Assembly: GCA_020848435.1 (NCBI GenBank)
Contig: JADLAC010000037.1
Location: 2,551 to 66,550, forward strand
Source of the DNA: Burkholderiales bacterium
Lineage (GTDB): Bacteria > Pseudomonadota > Gammaproteobacteria > Burkholderiales > WYBJ01
Length of the DNA stretch: 64,000 nucleotides
Direction: 5' to 3'
Shown here: piece by piece, positions 59,042 through 64,000 of the stretch
How the letters are laid out: every line of letters starts with the position of its first letter
How positions within the stretch are numbered: position 1 is the first letter of the stretch
The notes under the pieces: model-generated
What the model was told of the DNA's origin: nothing
The model's database searches: none
What the model saw: the letters and a program-made list of their open reading frames with translations, nothing else
Position numbers and translations under genes: made by a program

Positions 59042-60184
59042 ATGATACCCTTCACCCACTGGTTTCCTCAGCAGCGCGTGTTGTTCGGCCGCGGCATGGC
59101 TGCGGACCTGCGGCGAGCCTTGGCCGAGGTCGGGATCGCACGGCCGCTGATCGTATGCAGCGCCCGCGCCCAAACGACGCGCGCGGTGCAGGCGCTCGCC
59201 GAGAGCTTCGGCGCCGCTGCGGCGCGGGTCTGGGGCGGCGTACAAGCGCATGCGCCCTTGCATGCCGCCATCGAGGGCGCGCAGCTCGCCCGAGCCCACC
59301 GCGCCGATGCGATCGTGAGCTTCGGCGGAGGCAGCGCATCCGACTTGGCGAAAGGAATCGCGCTCGCCGTGGCGGAAGGCAGCGATATCGAATCCTTCGC
59401 GATGCGCCGCGAGCAAGGCTCGATCACCGCAGCCCACAGCAGCGCGCCCAAGCTGCCGATCGTGGCGCTGCCGACCACACTCTCGGGCGCCGAGGTCACG
59501 CCGGGGTTCAGCCTGACCCGCGCCGATGCCTACAAGCTCATCTTCCGCGACGCCGCGCTCGCCGCGCGCGCGATCGTGCTCGACCCCGAGCTCATCGTCG
59601 ATGCGCCGACGGACATCCTGCTCGGTTCCGGCATGAACGCCATTGCGCACTGTGTCGAGGCGCTGTACTCGAAGGCGCGCACGCCGATTTCCTCGCTCTT
59701 CGCCGAGGAAGGCTTGCGCCGCCTTTGGCATGGCTTGGCGAGCCGGTTGGAGGGCGCCGACAGCGCCGACGAATTGCTGATCGGCGCCTATTTCGCGGGC
59801 GCCGCCATCGTCAACGCCCGCACCGCGCTGCATCACGCCATCTGCCACAAGCTCGCGCCCATGGCGCGGATTTCGCACGGCGAGGCCAATGCAGCGGTGC
59901 TGCCGCACGTGGCTGCGTTCAATCTCGCCGAGTGCCCGGCGGAAACCGCGCGCATGGCCGCGGCCATGGAGCTGCCCGATGCCTCGATCGCCGCTATCGC
60001 CACGCGCTTGCACGAGCTTGCGCGGCGCGCGGGCTTGCGCACCCGCCTACGCGAATTCGGCCTTGAGCGCGATCGGTTGCAGGAGCTTGCGGCGCGCGTA
60101 TTCGCCGAACCGGGACTTGCCTTCAATCCGCGGCCGATCGATCGGCCCGAGGACATCGAAGCGCTGCTCGCGGCGGCGTGGTGA
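59042..60184 (+). CDS. Iron-containing alcohol dehydrogenase family, maleylacetate-reductase-like
   Basis: 380 aa from ATG 59042. ...IVSFGGGSASDLAKGIA (GGGSxxDxxK)...LPTTLSGAE...GMNAIAHCVEALYS...LHHAICHKL... Confidence 0.82.
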   Translation: MIPFTHWFPQQRVLFGRGMAADLRRALAEVGIARPLIVCSARAQTTRAVQALAESFGAAAARVWGGVQAHAPLHAAIEGAQLARAHRADAIVSFGGGSASDLAKGIALAVAEGSDIESFAMRREQGSITAAHSSAPKLPIVALPTTLSGAEVTPGFSLTRADAYKLIFRDAALAARAIVLDPELIVDAPTDILLGSGMNAIAHCVEALYSKARTPISSLFAEEGLRRLWHGLASRLEGADSADELLIGAYFAGAAIVNARTALHHAICHKLAPMARISHGEANAAVLPHVAAFNLAECPAETARMAAAMELPDASIAAIATRLHELARRAGLRTRLREFGLERDRLQELAARVFAEPGLAFNPRPIDRPEDIEALLAAAW

Positions 60185-60329
60185 TCGGTCCGTAATCGTC
60201 ACGAGACGGCGGGATCGGCAGCAGATCGAGCTGGGCGATCGAAAGCGCGCCGTGACGATGGCCGCTCCCGGCGCAGTCGGTCGCCGCGCGCGTGCGGGAC
60301 ACACCGCGGCGCTCACGCAAGCCAAGGTC

Positions 60330-61619
60330 TCAGCGCAACAGCATCCACGCCAGCAATTGCGTCCCCAGGCAGAAGTCCGCCATGGCCATCGCCTCGTGCG
60401 GGTTGTGACTGCCGTTGGCATTACGCACGAAAATCATCCCGGCGCGAAATCCGGCCTGGGCGAAATCCTGGGCGTCGTGGCCGGCGCCGCTCGGCTGCTC
60501 GTGCGCCGCGATGCCGAGCGCTTGCGCACCGGCGCCGAGCGCACCGCGCAACACCGCGTCCATGGTGGCGGGTGGCGACAGATCGAACGCGCCGAGATCG
60601 AAGCGTACCCGGCGCTCGCGCCCGATCGCCTCGGCCAAGCTGCGGGCCTGCCGCGTCATGTGTTCTAGCGTCGCCAGCTCCTGGCTGCGCAGATCGATGC
60701 TGAACCAGGTCTCACCCGGCACCTTGGTGAGCGAGTGTTGCTGGCCATCGGTATAGAGCTTGCCGACGGTGAATACCAGATCGCCGCCGGCGCACTGCAC
60801 GGCGCTCCATGCCTGGTCCAGCCCCACGCACAACGCCGCCGTCGCCAGCACCGCGTCGCTGCGATATTCGCGCGGCACCGCGCCCGAGTGCGAGTAGGCG
60901 CCGATGCAGCGTGCATTGCGGGCTCGCGCGGAGCCGCGAATCCCGCTGACGATGCCGACCGGTAGACCCCGCGCTTCGAGCACCGGACCTTGCTCGATGT
61001 GCAGCTCCAGGTAGCCGTGGCAGCGCTCGGGCGACAAGCGCGCTGCGGCGTTCGTGATCGCGTCGGGATCGAAACCCGCCGCGCGCATCTGATCGGCCAA
61101 GGTTCGGCCGCTGCGGCTGTGGCGTGCCGCTTGCAGCTCCGCCGGCGGCAGCACGCCGAGCGCGGCGCGACTGCCGATGTGGCTCTGGTGGTTGCCGCCG
61201 TACCAGCTCCCCAGCTCCTCGGCGCGCACGCCCATGACGATCACATCGCGCAGAGGCGTGAAGCCATGGCGGCGAAACGCGGCCAGCACCGCGAGGCCGG
61301 CGATCACGCCGGCGGCGCCATCGTAATTGCCGCCCACCGGCACCGAGTCCAGATGCGAGCCCGTGATCCACGCCGGCAAGCTGCGGTCCCGTCCCGGCAG
61401 CGTCATATAGAGATTGCCCGCGCGATCGCTTTCGACGCCGAGCTCGAGCTCGCGCGCGCTCGCCGCCATCAGGTCGTGCGCATATTGCTCGCCGGGCCCA
61501 TACGGCTCGCGGCTCACACCCGCACCATCGGCCGTGTTGGCCTTTAGCCGATCGAATAATGATTCGGCGAACGGCATTGCCTGCTCGACGGCCTCGCGAA
61601 TGGCGGCCGACGTGCTCAT
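60330..61619 (-). CDS. M20-family Zn amidohydrolase (allantoate amidohydrolase / N-carbamoyl-L-amino-acid hydrolase type), second copy
   Basis: 429 aa. ...WITGSHLDSVPVGGNYDGAAGVIAGLAV...GYLELHIEQGPVLE...GAGHDAQDF... ATG 61619 is 1 nt after the upstream PrpD stop. Confidence 0.88.
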   Translation of the reverse strand: MSTSAAIREAVEQAMPFAESLFDRLKANTADGAGVSREPYGPGEQYAHDLMAASARELELGVESDRAGNLYMTLPGRDRSLPAWITGSHLDSVPVGGNYDGAAGVIAGLAVLAAFRRHGFTPLRDVIVMGVRAEELGSWYGGNHQSHIGSRAALGVLPPAELQAARHSRSGRTLADQMRAAGFDPDAITNAAARLSPERCHGYLELHIEQGPVLEARGLPVGIVSGIRGSARARNARCIGAYSHSGAVPREYRSDAVLATAALCVGLDQAWSAVQCAGGDLVFTVGKLYTDGQQHSLTKVPGETWFSIDLRSQELATLEHMTRQARSLAEAIGRERRVRFDLGAFDLSPPATMDAVLRGALGAGAQALGIAAHEQPSGAGHDAQDFAQAGFRAGMIFVRNANGSHNPHEAMAMADFCLGTQLLAWMLLR

Positions 61620-61620
61620 G

Positions 61621-63006
61621 TCACTTCGCTCCGGCGGCGAACGCCTCGACCACGGCGCGCCACGGCCGCGCGAGCTCGCCGGGATCGAGCGCGAGCAAAG
61701 CCTCGAACACTGGATTGAATCGCGGATACGGCTCGTGCGTGATGTCCCGAATCTTCTCCAGGATCACGGCCTCGTCGAACGGCCGGTCGGGACCGCCGGC
61801 CGCGCTCAGGCATTCGCGCGTGATCGAGGTGCCGCCGGCGAGCTCCAGGGTGACCCTCGCCGGTCGGTCGTTGGGCCGCGGCAGCGCGGGCTCGAAGCGG
61901 CGCAATTCGATCCGTTCGCGCAAGCCGGCGATGACGGGATCGGTCAGCGTCGCCGCGGAGAACGCTTCCGCCCGCGCGTGGCCGTGCACTTGGGCCGTGG
62001 CGAGCACGTGCTCGAACGAAAAGCGCGCCGCCAGCGTCGTGGCCGGCCGCGGATTGGTCATCGCGGGCCGATGCGTATCGAGCACCACCCGGCGGATATC
62101 GTTCGCACCGCTTCCCGGCGGCATGGCAGCGCGCGCGGCCAGCATGGCTTCGACCGCCGAATGAGTCGACTGGCAGCAGCCATGGATCTTGTGATAGCCG
62201 CGCGTGATCGCCCATTGCGCGCCGAGCGCTTCGGTGAGCGCCTCGGGCGCCGGCGCCTGCCCCAAGCGCTCGGTATAGATCGCATAGGCACTGCCGGCGT
62301 GTCCGCCGATGCCGCACTCGGCGAAGTCCGCGCAGCGCATGCCGTTGCTGGTGCCGACCGCGGCCCAGACATTGCGCACCAGGGCGCCGTCGATGGCGTG
62401 CTGGTAGTCCCCGGCCGTGATCAAGGTGGCGGCCGCGCTCACGGCATCGAGAGTGCGGCGCGCGTCGAAACGGCGCGCGAGCGCCGTGGCGATGGCCCCA
62501 CCGATCGCCGCGCTCTGCGGGTGCGGATGCAGTCCAGGGGCCGGGAATACCCAGCAGCGTGCGAACCGTGCCGTCACCTCGTAGGCGACGACGGCGGCAA
62601 AGAGCACCTCGCCGGTGCTCAAACCGCGCGCTTCGGCTTCGGCCAGCAGCGCCGGCAAGGTGTACAAGCCGGCATGACAAGCGGCGAGCCGGTAGCCTTC
62701 GTCGAGCTCGCACCAGCTTCCCGCGATGCCATTGCCGAGCGCAGCCGAAATGCGATCGGTGCGCGTCCCGGCAGCGCCGAACAGCGACGCTTCCGCGCGG
62801 GGGCCATCACGCCGCAACTGCGCGTGCACGCGTACGACCTCGGGCTCGTCACGCGCCGCGATCGCCGCGGCGATATCGTCGGCGATGATGAGCACCGCCT
62901 TGCGCAGCACCGCTCGCGGAATGCCGTCCGGCCGCAGCGACGTCGCCCACGCGAGCAGCGTTTGGATACCTTCAGCGCTCGCGCGCCTGCCGTCCGACTC
63001 GCTCAT
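61621..63006 (-). CDS. MmgE/PrpD family protein, paralogue 3
   Basis: 461 aa from ATG 63006, which overlaps the stop of paralogue 4 (ATGA). ...LIIADDIAAAIAA...ALGNGIAGSWCELDEGYRLAACHAGLYTLPALLAEAE...AYEV...HKIHGCCQSTHS... The 774-aa track ORF is this gene plus an out-of-gene upstream extension. Confidence 0.88.
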   Translation of the reverse strand: MSESDGRRASAEGIQTLLAWATSLRPDGIPRAVLRKAVLIIADDIAAAIAARDEPEVVRVHAQLRRDGPRAEASLFGAAGTRTDRISAALGNGIAGSWCELDEGYRLAACHAGLYTLPALLAEAEARGLSTGEVLFAAVVAYEVTARFARCWVFPAPGLHPHPQSAAIGGAIATALARRFDARRTLDAVSAAATLITAGDYQHAIDGALVRNVWAAVGTSNGMRCADFAECGIGGHAGSAYAIYTERLGQAPAPEALTEALGAQWAITRGYHKIHGCCQSTHSAVEAMLAARAAMPPGSGANDIRRVVLDTHRPAMTNPRPATTLAARFSFEHVLATAQVHGHARAEAFSAATLTDPVIAGLRERIELRRFEPALPRPNDRPARVTLELAGGTSITRECLSAAGGPDRPFDEAVILEKIRDITHEPYPRFNPVFEALLALDPGELARPWRAVVEAFAAGAK

Positions 63007-64000
63007 CGCCGCACCGCCTCTCCCGCTACGGCCATCAGCCCGCGCACGCGAGCCTTGTCCATGCCCTGCACCAGCTCGCTGAGGCGCGCGCAGCGCTCGG
63101 CACCGAGCAGCGGGCGCGTCAAGCGCACGAACTTGTCGTGCAGGCGGCTGCCTTGTTGCCGATAATCGGTGCTCGCAATGCCGGTATCGCAACGTTGCGT
63201 GAACGTGCGAGCGTCGCGCAGCGTCACGGCGACCTCGGTCTGCATGATCGGCCAGCCCTCGACCAGGGCCACCTGCACGCGGTCGCGCAGCGCTACCAAC
63301 GCCGGATCGGCCGCGCTCGTTTCGGAATACGCGGCAAGCTCGCCGGTATCGCGCCCGCACAGGGCCAGCGCGGTGGTGAAGCGCAGGCTGAACTTCGCCT
63401 CCAGCCCGGTGCGGGGGTTCGGGATATTGCACACCGCGTCCGCGCCCCGCTCCACGCGCACGACCACGCGCTCGATCGCATCGGGGGCGAAGCCGTGCTC
63501 GGCGCGCAAGGCGCGCGCGCATTCGATCGCCGAATGCGTCCCGTAGCAGGCGGCATGGTACTTGAAGAGATTGTCGGCGATGTAGAACTTGTCGGGATCG
63601 TCCAGCGCCGCGGCGGGCTCGAAATCCGGGCTCATGACGGCCGCGAAGCCTTGCGCGCACTCCAGGGCATCGGCGCGGCTTTGCATGCCGCGCGCCGCCA
63701 GCGCCGCTGCGCGCGCACCGTTTTGCGCGGCCATGCCCGCATGGAATGGCTTGCACTGGGTGCCGAACATCGCCTTCAAGCCTGCCGCCTGGGTCGCGGC
63801 GATGCCCACGGCCATCGCGGTGCGCTCGGCATCGAGGCCGAGCAGACGCGCGCAGGCTACGGCGGCACCCAATCCGCCCACCGTCGAAGTGGCATGGTAG
63901 CCCTTCAGGTAGTGCCCCGGCGCCGCCAGCCGGCCCGCGCGGCACGCGAACTCGTACCCCGCAACGAAGGCCGCCAGCGCCTCCATGCCGTCGGCATCGA
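63003..64000 (-). CDS. MmgE/PrpD family protein, paralogue 4 (C-terminal ~330 codons; N-terminus beyond the window)
   Basis: ...AGYEFACRAGRLAAPGHYLKGYHATSTVGGLGAAVACARLLGLD...TQAAGLKAMFGTQCKPFHAGMAAQNG...FKYHAACYGTHSAIE... The reading frame is open to position 64000. Confidence 0.88.
   Translation of the reverse strand, partial: DADGMEALAAFVAGYEFACRAGRLAAPGHYLKGYHATSTVGGLGAAVACARLLGLDAERTAMAVGIAATQAAGLKAMFGTQCKPFHAGMAAQNGARAAALAARGMQSRADALECAQGFAAVMSPDFEPAAALDDPDKFYIADNLFKYHAACYGTHSAIECARALRAEHGFAPDAIERVVVRVERGADAVCNIPNPRTGLEAKFSLRFTTALALCGRDTGELAAYSETSAADPALVALRDRVQVALVEGWPIMQTEVAVTLRDARTFTQRCDTGIASTDYRQQGSRLHDKFVRLTRPLLGAERCARLSELVQGMDKARVRGLMAVAGEAVRR

Noticed and set aside
61621-63945. 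774-aa ORF that looks like a giant fused PrpD protein
   Set aside because: Only the part from ATG 63006 shows PrpD-family sequence. The upstream 313 codons are Arg/Ala/Gly-rich and run out of frame across the neighbouring PrpD gene (63003 to beyond 64000), whose own frame carries the family motifs. I therefore called two genes with an ATGA overlap.

Overview
Very G+C-rich bacterial chromosomal segment (by eye about two-thirds G+C, not computed). It is almost fully coding: about 58 protein genes, 2 gene fragments, and no rRNA, tRNA, CRISPR, transposase or integrase. The window is a mosaic of roughly 16 short catabolic transcription units. Most are built around a periplasmic Bug/TctC-family (tripartite tricarboxylate transporter) solute-binding protein. 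There are 14 intact paralogues and 2 decayed fragments, yet no TctA/TctB membrane genes and no recognisable transcription factor. This pattern is typical of Burkholderiales betaproteobacteria such as Bordetella, Achromobacter, Cupriavidus or Variovorax (inference only). Other content includes four MmgE/PrpD paralogues, two luciferase-like monooxygenases, two M20 amidohydrolases, a D-carbamoylase, several metal amidohydrolases, a two-subunit GMC dehydrogenase, a hotdog/RidA/hotdog operon, an MFS transporter and chromate efflux (rhodanese-ChrB_C plus ChrA). Four things deserve a second look. (1) A tightly packed nine-gene minus-strand operon (13325-25090) combines a split B12 acyl-CoA mutase with a non-methylmalonyl-type pocket, a UbiD decarboxylase, a MenB/BadI-type crotonase, an Fe-S/OYE enoyl-CoA reductase, a CoA ligase, a PrpD-family protein and two binding proteins. 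I cannot map this combination to a described pathway. (2) A dispersed 22-bp repeat family and related 11-bp-periodic GGACC..GGGTC tracts are confined to intergenic regions. (3) A lower-GC islet carries a solitary SPPY DNA methyltransferase next to a PEP-CTERM-anchored matrixin protease. (4) Two Bug gene remnants show gene birth and death. All functional calls come from motif recognition by eye on the supplied translations; no database search or computation was run.
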